Assembly: GCA_002633005.1 (NCBI GenBank)
Contig: NMRA01000993.1
Coordinates: 12,014 to 76,013 of the forward strand
Reading direction: 5' to 3'
DNA from: Phoronis australis
Lineage: Eukaryota; Animalia; Phoronida
DNA length: 64,000 nucleotides
Below are positions 14,100 to 27,500 of this stretch, piece after piece. A program made the translations under genes and the position numbers. The number at the start of each line of letters is the position of its first letter. Position 1 is the first letter of the stretch. Below the pieces are notes generated by a model, which saw only the letters and a list, made by a program, of their open reading frames with translations, was not told the origin of the DNA and did no database searches.

Positions 14100-14410
14100 A
14101 ATCGATTTCTTTATAATTCTTTTAAAGGTTATCACGGATGGTGAAGATTTGGCCTCTACAGAGAGAGTGTTCCATAAACGGAGCCCGCTGTAGGAAAATG
14201 ATTTTTCTCAGTTTAGTTTCTGGGTTTCGGAAAATTGATTGTGGATGAAAATGAGGACCTAGTATTGTAGCGATTAGTAGTCATCTTAATCTTAGCACTT
14301 AAGTATGTTGGGACAAGACGTTTAAAACATTTGTACATACAACAAGCAGACAGGAATTTATGTCTTGTGTGTATTTTCATTATTCCAGTATCAGTATGAA
14401 GGTTTATGTC
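14100..14410 (-). mobile_element. CR1/L2-type LINE ORF2 C-terminal fragment
   Basis: MYKCFKRLVPTYL...RYNTRS, then after a frameshift SFSYSGLRLWNTL, typical of CR1-group 3' ends. Confidence 0.7.
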
Positions 14411-15599
14411 ATCGTGATATTGCATTTTTCACTCAAAGACATTCTTACAAACCGGGATATTGGTAAGAACTGATTTGGATACAGATGTGACAACGAAAAA
14501 ACAATAGACGTGAGACCCAGGCAAGCATCTTTTTGACTGACAGACGCTGTCACAGCATGAACACGATGAAAGTCAAAGTGATATTGCATTTTTCACTCTG
14601 CTGTTTGAATTTAACAGTACTTCCATAATTTTTTTTATATTTCTCTGAGATACTTTGCAGACTTGTTGAGGATACACTGAAGATGTTCGACTAAGCCAAA
14701 ACGCAAAAGTGAAATATTCTCCAAGACTCATAAAAAAGTCTCGACGACGTTTTTGTTGAATTTGAGACCTAAAATTTCCCGATGTCGTTTTTTCTTATGT
14801 TAGTCAAATGAGAAATTGCAGATTCCGCAAAAACCTATGAAAAGTCCCGCTTTGTTCCTTTTAATCGAATGGGAAATTTTGCTATCTCCCGTGGGGCATT
14901 GCAATTTAATACAATACGAAAATGAGTCAAATTCGCCGTGTGCCAAAATCGTGTAATTTTGATGACGCTGCGGGTAGGGAGAAAAAATCAAAAAATGAAC
15001 AGTCCGCCAAGAGCGGGTAATTTACAAGTGTAGTGCACGCTGTCAGCAACAAAAATGAAATATTTTACAATGATGAATTTTCAGTTATTAGAATTTTATT
15101 TCACGGCTATTGGTACAGTGTAAATACTACAGACGCTGTTTTTTATAAAATCAAGATGCTAGCTTGACCAACAAAATAACAAAATTAAAATGAAGCAAAT
15201 AAATAAGGTTTGATTTGATAACTGCAACACTCGATCCAAAACCGGAAATTTAAAGAGTGCAAACTCTCTTTTGTGGTCTGAAGCTCTAATAATAGAATGC
15301 ACAGGTCACGTGCGGGAGTCGGCATTCCAGGACTTACGGTTTATAAAATATGTAACACGTGTCTTTTCTACGCCTCCATAATTTCATTCCAAGAAAAGAA
15401 AAAATAAACTATGCAAGATGGCAGAGAACGTCTGTTCATACACGTAAGGCCTGTAGAAGGTGACCGTACTGCGTTAGTAACAGTTTGCTTTGATGTTAAT
15501 GAGTAAACGAGCGGCCAGTATTAACTATCTGAAACAGCATGGGGAAAGTGTCATTTAGGTTAAACTATGATACTTTATTTCTGTTGTTCCCTATATCAG

Positions 15600-15729
15600 G
15601 CTTTTTCGAAAAACGGAAAACGGACAATTGAGACTCTGGACGCAACCAAACAGAATGTCATTGGAACGAGCGAGGGATTCAGTTTCAGAGACGTGAAGTT
15701 GTTAAATCTGATGTACAACTGCAAGCCAA
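15600..15729 (+). CDS. Astacin (M12A) metalloprotease, last catalytic-domain exon
   Basis: Acceptor ctatatcag| and donor |gtaaga. Translates [43 protein letters not shown], matching the astacin C-terminal pattern AFS.NG..TI....IG....S..D....N.MY.C. Phase 0 to 1. The HExxH and Met-turn exons were not found in the window. Confidence 0.88.
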
Positions 15730-16610
15730 GTAAGAACGTGTTGGTACATACACATGAACAAGCATAGCGTGCTTTATTTTTTGTTCGCACACTCAATGTG
15801 CATGTTTGATCCATAGAATGTTCTGGGAAGTCGCACAGATTTTATGCAAAATTCCTTTCGATCGCTGTTTCATTGTATTCATAAATTCGTTCTGTACAAG
15901 CCCTTTATAATTTAAGTTCTTATGCTTATCCGTCATGCATATCTACGAACCTTTTCCTGTTCTTGGTGCGCATGCCCTTAAAGGAATACTTAAATGAATA
16001 GGTACGCATTTACGGGCGATGGCCATTAATTGAAAATGTTGCCCTTGTGCACACCTCTGTGTTTTTGAGAACATGTTTCAAAACAAAACCGTTAAACCCT
16101 TTTGTACATGACTTGTTTTCCATTTTTTGCCTCACCATTTTTCAACTGTTTACTTTATTTCTATTGTATAGTGAACTAAACTAAATATAAGTTTTGAAGT
16201 GAACATCTTTAGCAATATAACAAAAACTGTATCGGATATGGATCAAACCGCATATTGTCAGAGTTGTGTATATTTTTAGCTTATCATTATTTTTCTGTCT
16301 GTTCGTCGAGCGTTCAATTTTGTGCTGTGATGGCAAAGTGAAGAAGTGTTAGTGATTGGCTTGTAATACGACAGTGCTATTCAGTGATGCAATATGTGAA
16401 ATCAACTTAAAAAATGGATAATGTTCCGTCCTTTTCATCCCAATTCCGTTATTTTCATCTCTAGTAAAACATTCCCATTTTCGAGGCTGTCTAATTGCCA
16501 TTCCGCGCTTCACAATGAACAAGCCTACAGAGAGTAAGACTGGGTCAATGGAGTAGTACTCCTCTTAGAGCTTGACCACTCCAGGATGCATGTACTGAAT
16601 GTAATTGCAG

Positions 16611-16721
16611 GCCAATGCGCTGATAAGCAGTGCCCTGGTGAGGGATACGTGGGCAAAGACTGCAAGTGCTATTGCCCAGGCAATCCCGTGATCGAATGTA
16701 GCGGCGGCGGCGGCGGTGAAA
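16611..16721 (+). CDS. EGF-like Cys-rich exon of the astacin gene
   Basis: ttgcag| ... |gtaagt, 111 nt, phase 1-1, in frame with the previous exon: SQCADKQCPGEGYVGKDCKCYCPGNPVIECSGGGGGE. Confidence 0.85.
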
Positions 16722-17176
16722 GTAAGTAACTCGAAATTCATTGATGCATCGTTCAAAATTTGTAATATGCGTTCAATCTTTCAGTTTCGGGTAATATTCT
16801 TAGAAAGTGTCAATACAAAACAAAAAGGCACTCACAAGGAAAATTGATTATTGGCAGAAATAGAGATACTTTTATTTTCGATTTAACGTACTCAGTGAGC
16901 GATGACCAGGTGCGCGGGTATTGATTGAACGGTCCAAAATCAGTAGCGCCGTTACACAATAAAATTGTTACCTGTGCAGTGCGCCAGATACACACTCATG
17001 CATTGTCAGATCTTGATCAACTTCATGTACTTATGGAGATCGTTTTACCTGGCTAATATATAATTTTCACACCGCAATCAGTTATTATTTAATTTTTGGA
17101 TTTTGTTTACTTAACAAGAGACTGTTTCGCCACTGGTGATTACGAACCGTCCTTTTACTGGGAAGGTTAACAACCG

Positions 17177-17531
17177 TAAACAGCGACTTAGCACAGACCG
17201 TTCTATGGTGGCCCAAATATGACATCACGCATCTTTTTATTATCTCAGGATCTCAAGATAATTACTTAATTATCTCGGGATTTTGAGGTCATGACATACA
17301 ATGTATTTACCTGGGAATCTCGAGATCTCGACTTAACTGTCTCGAGATTTCAGGATCTTGAGATCCTAACTTTGGGATTTCGAGATTCGGCGATGGATAA
17401 ATCAGGATCTCAAGACCCCGATATCCCGAGTTTGGTCGGGATCTTAAGATCCTGAAATAAATAAATCGAGATCTCGAGATCATGAGAAAATAGAAAAAGA
17501 ACAGTCCGATGTGCCACAGTACGCTTCTTAC
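17177..17531. mobile_element. Degenerate MITE with internal tctcgaga/tcccgaga-type short repeats
   Basis: Imperfect TIRs (gtaaacagcgacttagcacagaccgttct versus agaacagtccgatgtgccacagtacgcttcttac) around a repetitive core. Confidence 0.45.
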
Positions 17532-18483
17532 CGTCGAGCCCATCGTTTAAAATTACTTTTTATAGTCCTTAAGAAATTACTCCAAAACATCCGATAATGA
17601 AGAAAATAATTTACACGGGTAACATGATGTATAATGCACAAAGTCTAACACTAACTTTCCTGTACAAACTCAGCAGTGACAGCCCCCGGCGCGGCGGAGA
17701 CCGTACATGTACGTCCACTACGAGTGATCACCAGCGGCAGGATAGACTTACTGTACAGCTACAGGAATAAATGAACGAGAGTGTTACAGTATCAAATAAT
17801 CGTTTTTTTGGGGGGGGATGTTTTGGCAAATGAGATATTTTGTGGGGTGGTACCTTCAGTAATCGCAAAACTCATAAAGCAAGTCAACACTTACATGCAT
17901 ATTATTGTGGTGTGCAAAAACGCTTAACGATCAAATAGTGATAAGACGCAGGAGACAACAATCAGGAAGCATCACATGTTTTTGAGCCAAAGTTTGTCCT
18001 TCTCCTTTCATAGATCGGCACCAGGTTATTTTCTTTACTTGGTGCGGAGGGGACTGAAGCTGATTAACCAAAAACATCGACATTCCGAATTCTTAGCATA
18101 ATGCAGTGTGCACATGTACAAGTTGCTATAATGAGCAACTTTCCCCCTTTCCCACCTCTATAGCCAAAATACAAGTTTCGCCTCAGGTAGTCAGCAGTCA
18201 CGGAGATACATGATGTTAATCATCCATGATTACATTTAACTTTCCCATTAATTGTTAAAACTGTGCTCACAATTACACTTATTTTTACAATTTTGTCGCA
18301 TTTTAACGTTGTGTTTTGGTTTCACATTCGAATCCAATGATCAAAATGCCTTTGCTATATCAATAATGATATAAGTTTTAGTTATTAACATTTAACCTCA
18401 TCTTGGCACTCCGAACTAAAGTGTGCTTTACATTTGAAATGGCGTCAGGGAAATTACCCATCAAATTCACTTCCATTACGCAG

Positions 18484-18645
18484 CTTGCACGAACGACGAT
18501 CCAAACTGTGACTATTGGGCTGGTCAGGGCTACTGCACAAATGAACAATACAAGGACTTCATGGAGAAGAATTGTACCAAAGCCTGCAATATGTGTGCCA
18601 CCACCACACCGGGTGGGGGTGAAGTTACCACCACACCAGGTGAAG
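18484..18645 (+). CDS. ShKT domain exon 1 with Thr/Gly linker
   Basis: ttacgcag| ... |gtgagt, 162 nt, phase 1-1: CTNDDPNCDYWAGQGYCTNEQYKDFMEKNCTKACNMCATTTPGGGEVTTTPGE, with the six-Cys ShKT spacing. Confidence 0.9.
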
Positions 18646-18839
18646 GTGAGTCCACGAAGTTCATGGTTTTATAGCTTTTTCTTGACATAAGAGTCACCGT
18701 TCTCGAAAAGATCTTTTATGCATAGTTTCGAAATAAATTTTCCTTCCGCCTCACAGTTTGAGGGAGTCAACGAATGTTTACCTAATTCTGCCAAAGCACC
18801 GGAATTCCTGAAAAATTGTAGCCCTGTGTTTTTGCTTAA

Positions 18840-21800
18840 TATAATTTATAAAAAAATATCTTGCAAAGCAAGGAGACTGATGAATGTTAGTCAGTCGATA
18901 TTTATGCTAATGCGGCCGTGTAATGCTGTGTCTTGGTCTCACATGAATGCCAAACTATATCAATGTGATATACATGTATTTTCACTAAAAGGCGTTGAAT
19001 GATCACTTTTAGTACTTGACATTTAAAGATGTCCCAAAAATAATCCATATTGATCAGACTGGAATTTTATCTGCAAGGCTTATCGGTGGAAATATATTTT
19101 AAGATATTTTACAATATATCCGGGACTTGAAACAACAAGCGATTCTGAACGTAGATGTAATCAAAGGGAACCGACGTCACTTGTACTTTGCGCTGAGATA
19201 GTAGGACGTGAGTTTGGAAATTACAAAGTGCAGGATATATCATCTTGTAATAGAAAGAGACTTTTGTATGCTGACGACACAACAATTTTATCAGACGGCT
19301 CTAACAAGTCATTTAAAAAGACACTGGACGTTCTTGACCAGTCCGCTAATTTCTCTGTATTAAACCTAATATTAAAATACTGAATGCTCTCTAAAATATT
19401 AAGAGGAACGTTCTCAACTCTATGAGTAAAATTTAGTGTTAATTTCAACGATATGCACTTAAGGCTAAATTTGACCCAAAGTTCGTAGAAGATCAAAAAG
19501 ACAATACATATTTATTTAGGAAAAAGTGTCCCAGTTTTTTGGCGAAATTTTCGAGGTGAAATCTCGGTTGGTGACAAAGCTTACACATCTTTTTGAAGTC
19601 TTCCATCTCCGAGATCTGATTTCATGAAAAGACTAGAAAAGACGTTATTTGATTTTATATAAAGTAATAACAAAGCTAAATGTTCTCGTAAAAGAACTAT
19701 AGTCCAAACTTTCAATAAATGTGATCTCAACATGGTGTATAGATCACGTTTCATAAAATCACTTAAAATAACAGAACGAAACCTTTCAACATGGAAGGTT
19801 ATTTTGATAAACACATGTCAAGTTGATTCGAGGGTAATTTACTGAAACGTTTAGCTAAGTCCAATGGAAACTTGTTTTAGAAAGCCCTGTTTGGTTCGGC
19901 AAAGAACTCCTGTTCAATTTTGAACAATGAAAAACAGAAGATATTTTCTCTTCCTTGATTTTACAATGTGTAACGCAAAAGTTGGGAGAAAATCTACTAT
20001 TCTATCCATAATGGGATAAAAAGGAGTTCTATTTGTTACTATTAGTCGGTGGGCCAGATTTTGTAGGGCCTCTAGAAAATGTTTTTTGTGAGTACTTTAG
20101 GGGGGCAATTTTATTTTGGTATTTTTTAATTCATTTATTAGAGTGTGTTCAAAATCTAAAAAGTTCCCACATATAAAGTTGCACATTTTTGAGAAATTTG
20201 AGTTTGAAGTTACCTAATAATCACCAAAGAGCTTAGTAAACTTATATTTGTAAAAACAACAGTTTTGTTGACTCTTTTGTAAAACAAGTAATATGGTCCC
20301 ATCAGTGCCATTGTATTGAACAATATTACACTCACATTACATGTTTTACTATTGTAAATTAATTGTAAACAGTGGAATTTAAAAAACGTAAAGAGACACC
20401 TAGTGGCAAAAATGCAAACTAAGTCTGAATGTTACTAGGAAGTTATTCTGGCATTGTCAGGCAACAAAAATAACACAAAACACTTGAGACTGGGCAAAAT
20501 TTGTGCCTCAATGACTAAAACATTGACTAATGGTGTAAAATACAGCTTGTTTGCATAATACACCAGAAATATGTTATAGTACAAAAACAATATAGTTGAA
20601 TGATCTCTGTGAATGTGCACAAAGACTGTATGAAAATAGATTATTCTGACAGCGTTTATTAAGCAGTATGAGACAAATACATGACAATGATCAAAGTATG
20701 TACTTTCTATGACTTAATCAACAAATAAAATTAACTTTTTAATACAAAAAAGGAAATAACGGGGTTGGAGGTCTATTTAGGGTTGGCCTGTCAAAGAACT
20801 ATCCAATGTTATGCAGTCAGTGTTGCTGATGTTACTACAGTTGTCACAGCTGCACATTTCTGTACAGTTTGACCCAGCATTGCAGCACAAACTCAGTTTC
20901 CCAGCACACATGTTCTTTTTGCACTTGCAGCGTTCATCGTTTAGTACTGTCAATGGAGATGCGGTCATTGCCATACATATTAACTGCAAAGCTCCACCGC
21001 CAAGGAGCCAACTATGGTCGATTAGAGAGGGTACAGCACTGCACACTGGTGATTAGCCCGCAGGCAATGAAGGGTCAAACACTAAGTCCTTGTTTGGAGG
21101 CGGGCACTATTTGGGCAAACGTTTGATTCAAAATATGTTATAATGGGCTGTGTTAATTAGAGTCAGCAAGTGAATTATTGAACACTAGCCTCAATTCACT
21201 TTCGTATCTCTTAGTCAGGCACAAACTACAACACTGAGTAGCTTCAACAATATTTCTTAAGATTGCTTGTCCAAATAACTTCATGCACACCAGCTTTCTG
21301 AAGAACAGCTTCAAAGTCTTGCTTTAGTTTTGAAAGGCAAATGACATCTCCTTGTGTTAGAAGCTTCAATTCAATGAACTCCAAACAAAACTGCAGAAAA
21401 GCATCTCTGAAAACTGTGAATTCGTCACTCTTCACAATCGTTGTCTTTCTACTTTTTATAGCATGGTGATCTGTGGTTCTTGGCTTCTAAGACACAATGG
21501 TCTTTATCTTTGAATTTCATTTGCATATTCAGGGCTCTGGACTGAGCTGTTGCTTGCGATACAAGTCAAACTGAAAAAACCCGAACAGTTAACACTAATT
21601 TAACATTCAACTATGAGTGAGTTGGCATGCAACTTTTTCAGATGGACTTATCAGGAACTGATCCACCACCAGCCTAACAAATTTACATGCCGTCTGATCT
21701 GTAGCCTAATAATGTTGATCGTCTAATAATTAGATCAGTAGAAGCAACTGAAAATAAATTAGCTGATAAACCTGTGCAGTGATTGAAATTTAATTTTTTT

Positions 21801-23830
21801 AAATCAGATGCTCAAACCATATTCAATCGATTTACACTTAAGGTAATCGACGTTTGACGAAATGGGCAGTGGCTTCCATCGTCCTCAAATTTCGACGGCG
21901 ACGATGGCCACTTAGGCTCTTTAATTTAATTATAATTGCAGCTACCCAAGTAATTAATGTTTACAAAAAATTGAGACTACGGCAGGGGATGACGGCCACT
22001 TGGGCATGTTGTTTGCAACCATCTACTCCATTTAACCTTCTCAAACATTTTTGATTTGACTTAAAGTGCTTTAAAATCACACCCATAGTATAACGCCACA
22101 GGATTATCCCTTAGTGCAAATAGTGTCGACGTGGCAACTGAATGGATTGTTCGAAAAACAGGATTGCAGGAGTATTGTTTAAACTAGGAAGAAATGAAAA
22201 CATTGACGACCTCCTCAGAGGCATCTCTGTACGCGGTACTTCTAAACTTATAGGTACATAATTTGCCGAAAAGTATCCAGCATATGAAGTAACTATGGTA
22301 TGATCATCGTCTCTACTGGGTCAGCAGTATTGTCTAAGGCCTAGGCAGCCAAGGGGCTGAACAAGTTAAAAAACAACTGGTGATAATACTGAATCACACA
22401 TGGAAAACACCAAGATGTATTTTTAAAAAACACGTACCTGTTTTTTAAAGCTAAACTTCTTTCTCTTTCTTGAAATGTGGCCCATAATGTACTTTTCCTG
22501 GTAACAAATGAGCTCATGTTTCAGAATGTTCCTATCTTGTTCAGGTTAATTGGGTGTTTCAGATTTTGGAATTATAATTGATTTTCTTGTGAAATCTTGG
22601 ATAGCATCTGTATCACTTTCAGCAACTTCAGCTTTAGTACTACTGTTGGTGCCTTGAAACGTTGCTATGCCGTTCTATGTCCTTTCAATTTTTTGGTCTG
22701 ACACTTGCTCTTCTAGTCTACAGCACTCAGCAGTATACTGTGTAGGCTACCAGGACATGCAGCTGTTTTCTGCACAAACGTTTGTGACACCTCTTCTTCT
22801 TTTTGATCTACTGATCTACAGAGTTCCACAGTCAATCAGCTTTCGTCAGGAAGCTTTCCTAAGCTTCTTTAGGCTCTGACATCACAATTTTGTGCTGTTT
22901 GATAAACCTTGAATTATACAGGCATCACACTCCATGGGAGCAGCCATATTGAAGTAACTAAGCACAACCATACAATCTGGCTCTCTGATTGGTCAATTCA
23001 CTAGAAAAGCGCCATCAAGTGGCAGGAATGTGCATCATATTTTGTGCAACAAAAACACCTTTTTTTAAAAAATGTGCAAGTAAAGACGTGGGAACTTTTT
23101 GGAATTTGATTTATAGGTATATTATCTAGCCACATAGAAAAAACTAGGTTGCCCCCCAAAGTACTCACAAGGATGAACGCTATGAGATCTGGCCCACCGA
23201 CTATATGTAATTTACATGAAAATAATGTTTTTTATCATATTAATGCTTTACTTACATATTTGTTTTCAAACATTTTTTACGACATTTGAAGGGATAGAAA
23301 TATGTTTGAGGTCAAGTTTTCGAACTTGTGCTGGACTTTAGAAGGTCAATGACAGAATAGAAATCTTAATATTTTCATAGGTCATTTTTTGTTTTTCCGA
23401 CGTTGGAGTCCGAAGGTTGCAAATGAAAATCAAACAAAGGATTTTAACAAAACTCTGACTGATGCGCATTGGCCTTTCTCCGAACAAATTGTGTACTTTT
23501 TGTAAAGAAGAAATTAACTTGCTTGCACATATATTTTGGCTTTGTCCCGTTGTGAAAGTGCTATGGAACTATGGTAGTGATTGTTAGAGCTTAAAAAATG
23601 AAGAGTTTCCCTTAGACATACAAAGAGTTTCATTCGGTAAACAAGGAAGAACAATAACAATTATTACTTTTAGTGAAAAAACATACCTATTCCAAGAAAC
23701 TAAGTTCCCAACAACTGTCTGAAATGATTTTTAAAAAGGAAATAGAAATATCTTACAAAATAGAAAAGTTTAATTACAATAAAAAACAGAGCTTGTGGAA
23801 GCAAAAGTGGGCAGGTTTCTTTACATGGTA
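18840..23830 (+). mobile_element. Decayed L1/Tx1-like LINE split by an Academ insertion
   Basis: YADD motif (tatgctgacgac at 19267-19278) in an LLYADDTTI context. Resumes after 23206 with a zf-RVT-like CTFCKE...HIF region. Confidence 0.65.
20043..23203 (-). mobile_element. Academ DNA transposon, internally deleted
   Basis: TIR TAGTCGGTGGGCCAGAT ... ATCTGGCCCACCGACTA with 3-bp TSD TAT. Minus-strand remnants include the CXC-like RCKCKKNMC...CTEMCSCDNCSN (20777..21046) and 21244..21435. Confidence 0.85.
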
Positions 23831-24460
23831 ATTATGTTGTGTACATGCACACTGAAAGGAAAGTATGCTATGGTGATGCTTCATTCAGGTTTCTGCAGTA
23901 TAAAAGTGCGGTAACTTATAACCTATTCCTATAGACAGAGGTCGTGTAACTCCGGAATTTAGTTTACAAAACAGCCACAGGCTTCGCATACCGGTAGTAA
24001 GCCATTACTATAATGTCAGAAACGAAAACAGAACAGCTGTTCACCATGTTAGTGAGCTATTCAAAGTCGTATTCCTGGATTATATAAGGTCGGTGTTTTA
24101 TTAAAAATGTGATGTGGTTGTTATTATTCTAACTGAGGTTTTAATTATTTCAAATGGGTCTTTGCCAGTGTTGCATGTAGTTGTACTGATTTGTTTACTT
24201 TCTGTAGAGGCTTAGCCTTAGAGCACAATGACTAATAACTGTGTCCCCTGGAATCTATCCATACATGTTATAAACAGGATGCTACAGTGTTCACATAAAC
24301 ATCCCAGAGCCAAATAACCATTCCTTAATATGGCAACACTGACGAATTTCTAATGATTTCCCTCAGTTCTTAACATTGCTTTCCTGAGTCACTTAGTTCA
24401 GTTGCACAACAACATAATTTCTGTCCTGGTGATACCTACATCAAGCAGTCCATTGAAAAA

Positions 24461-24865
24461 ATGGCATCTACAACATTGGAATTTAAGGGCAATTCATCAT
24501 GGAAAGACGATATTCGTGAGTCGCCAAATGTTATGTATGGTGACATTTACAATTATTTGGTAGAATCAAAAGCAGTTGATGGACAGTCAATGAAAAACTT
24601 TAAAAGCCTAGAATCATTCAATTACTCCCAGAGTGGATGCGTTGATAAGATTTTACACCATAATTTGGACAAGGACACCGTGGCTATCAAGTGAAATGTC
24701 AGACCATCTCAGAACATCAATAATGCGTGGAACTCAGTCTGCATAAAAGCATTGAATAGTGGTGAAATATTGTCTGGCACTTGCAAATGTATGGCCGGAT
24801 TAAGAAAGACATGCAGTCACATTGGTGCTGACTTGTGGAAAATTGAACACTCTGTTAGAATGGGG
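24461..24865 (+). pseudogene. SWIM zinc-finger ORF of the ISL2EU-like element, disrupted
   Basis: YGDIYNYLV...MKNFKSLESFNY...stop...CKCMAGLRKTCSHIGADLWKIE. Confidence 0.75.
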
Positions 24866-24977
24866 TTTCCGAATTGTCCGCAGTATCAGGCAGTGTCTCA
24901 CTGGTCTCAGATGCAACATGTTCGACCACGTGGGTGTTTTTAGAGACGTGTGCATCATCATCTTCACCAGTAGTAGC

Positions 24978-25328
24978 TTATTTTGTGAGATTCAAAACTT
25001 TCCTGCGACCAGGTTTTACTTTTCTGGCATATCCCATGTTTAGCTGAGGCACTGGATTTCTTTCTGTTGGCTCACCATCCACAAAATGAATGGAACAAAC
25101 AAAGACATTTTTTGGTAATCTGTCTCTGTTAATGGACTTTTGCCACAGTAGTCTCAATTCACTGTTGTGTTTACCTGATGGCATTCTGTGTAACTTGTAA
25201 GGTTTTAAGCATGGACAGTCTTTGTGCATTTGACCATGGTGTTCATCATAAATTTCTGTCACCCAACGTTTTAATTTCACCCAGTTGTTGTGACAGCCTG
25301 TTACAGCACAGTTATTACCACTGGGCAT
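24978..25328 (-). pseudogene. THAP-domain N-terminus of a truncated transposase
   Basis: MPSGNNCAVTGCHN...LWQKSINR...VCSIHFVDGEPTERNPVPQLNMGY; no DDE domain follows. Confidence 0.8.
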
Positions 25329-25845
25329 TTTGAACAATTTTTAGTGGAGGTGAAAGTTGAACAGTATACTTGTAAACACTTCTGAAAAGATTCAAACAAG
25401 AATTTCAAACCTCATTGAAATATGGTATATTATCAGTTAGACGGTAATGTATTTATTTTTCTATATATCGGTCCAACAATTTTAACTTTATTATTGACAT
25501 TTATGTAATTTTATACATCTAGTAATTTACAAATATTTCTTCTGTCAAATGTATTGCATGAAAAAAATCAACACTTACAAGGAATGTTAATGATTTCAAA
25601 TTTGCTGATCTGCTTCCAAATAAACAACACAAGCAGACACAGCAGCTGGGATGGTTTGCTTTACAGACAGACTTTACTCACTCCAGTGTTTATCTGACAT
25701 GACATTAATGGCGTGACCTCAATATGGAGCTCCCCAGGCATTCGACAATTTCCGTAATGGAATCTGTCTATAGCATTCATACATGTTAGCACAAATACGC
25801 CTAACCCGTCAGCTCTGGGAAAGATATTTTTTCTTCGAACGTTAA

Positions 25846-27500
25846 AGGAGCATGCCACCCAAAAACAAGCTAAATTGTATCAATTTAGATCGAGTAGTTC
25901 TACTCCATAACGACACGTACGGTTGCGTTACCTGACACCTGACGGCAGACGGAGATGTTGAAATTATCCAATGACGTCATCGGTTTCACACGCAGTCTGT
26001 TCAGCAGTTCACAACACGGGTTACTGGTGTCAGCTTATCGCTTGAAGTCATCGTTTAACACCAATAAATCATCAAACTTCGATGTAAAACCCTTAAAAAT
26101 TCACAGAGTTTTTGTAAAAACGCGTTGTTTTATTTCGCTCTCACGGATTTATTGGTATTTGGACACCCGTACATGTAGCTTACAAAGTTCGGCAGGCCAA
26201 TAAGGTCCGTAGCAGGATTTTGGGTCTGTTTGGAGATAATTTCGAAGTATTTCCCCCGTGAGACACAGACAGGAGAACCTAGATCTGTGTTGTTTAGACT
26301 TGCGATTTTTTTGAGTTCTAAACACAAAGCGCTTGTTAGCTTGGCCAGTGGCTCGGAGCCCGATCATGCCCGTCGCGGCCGGCCGGATTGACTCGGCCAG
26401 TGTCTCTGAAACTGATCAGACATCATGATCATAACTTACTATCCAAAGTTCAGCCAAGAAAATACTATACTAATGAGACAAAGTAATGTGTACCTGATTA
26501 TATTGGTGATTTAGCTACAAAACTGCAAATCTATTTACTGGTCGGGAGCCGCGAATTCAGTTCCGCAGTTGGCCACAGCACCGTCAGGGCAGAAATTGTA
26601 TATTGACAATCATTATTTGAGTAGTGTAAATGTAAATAAAGATACACCTAACACTCGGCCGTGGGATGGAAATCGAGTTGTTTCACAATTGAGTTTCTGT
26701 CAGCAAACACGAAATTAGCATGAGCTCACATGGCCTAGGTGTCCCGTAAATTAGTTTTATTGCACCTAAAGCCGGGTAACGCAGTGATTTATTCATTGTT
26801 GGCTTTTGGAATTTTTTGCACTCACTCCAAAGGCATTACAAATTGCATCTAGTGAGACAGACGTTGTTTCAGTTTTATATAAGTATTGGTTAGGGTGAGA
26901 ATAATACGTTTTGAAAGAGAACGCACAGTAATAAACGCCAACATGGAACTCGCAATCTCGACTTAGGATAAGCTAGAGCTCATCAGTCCCCACTTCGCAG
27001 GTGGATCGTTAAGTTTTACAGGCTATCAATTTGAACAGGAATACAGTGATGAAGAAATACTGGGGAGGTGCCGTGAGCAAGCTCAGACAACGGAACGTAT
27101 CGAGTTATTTGGTAAGCCGGCATTCGTTAGGCACTGCGATGTCTTCAGGCACAGAAACGGAGATGTTTCACGGCTTCATACTTGTTATTTACAGCGTACA
27201 TTTCATTTTTCACTACCATGAGCCACTTCCTAAACATTTCGGACTCTCGAGGAAGTAAAAAAAACGATATACCCGCTTTCCTCGCAGCTGCTTAGTTCGG
27301 ACAAGCGGGAACTATGCACCGCAACACAGCGGAATTAATTCTGCAAAATGAACCACTGACGTCGCTAGCGTCGTCTCTCACCTTCCTCACAGGTTAACGC
27401 GACACTTCTTGGCAAGGTATGGTCGACCGTATGCGAGGTGTTGTGGATATAGACCGATTAAGACGGCAAAAACACTATTTAAATCGGGTGGTATTCTCCT
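25846..27500. mobile_element. Non-autonomous Kolobok-type DNA transposon, copy 2
   Basis: TTAA|AGGAGCATGCCACCC ... GGGTGGTATTCTCCT|TTAA, collinear with copy 1. The empty paralogous site gaacgTTAAcactg lies at 30466-30469. Confidence 0.92.

Larger units (their letters stand above)
23933..25769. mobile_element. ISL2EU-like DNA transposon, internally deleted (THAP + SWIM)
   Basis: AT|AGACAGA ... TCTGTCT|AT, with the empty site tattcctATagcatt at about 30401-30415. Convergent ORFs: a + strand SWIM finger (CKCMAGLRKTCSH) and a - strand THAP domain (CAVTGC...W...VCSIHF). Confidence 0.85.

Noticed and set aside
18014-18024. Possible micro-exon (catag|atcggcaccag|gtt)
   Set aside because: 11 nt would shift the frame and the donor is weak
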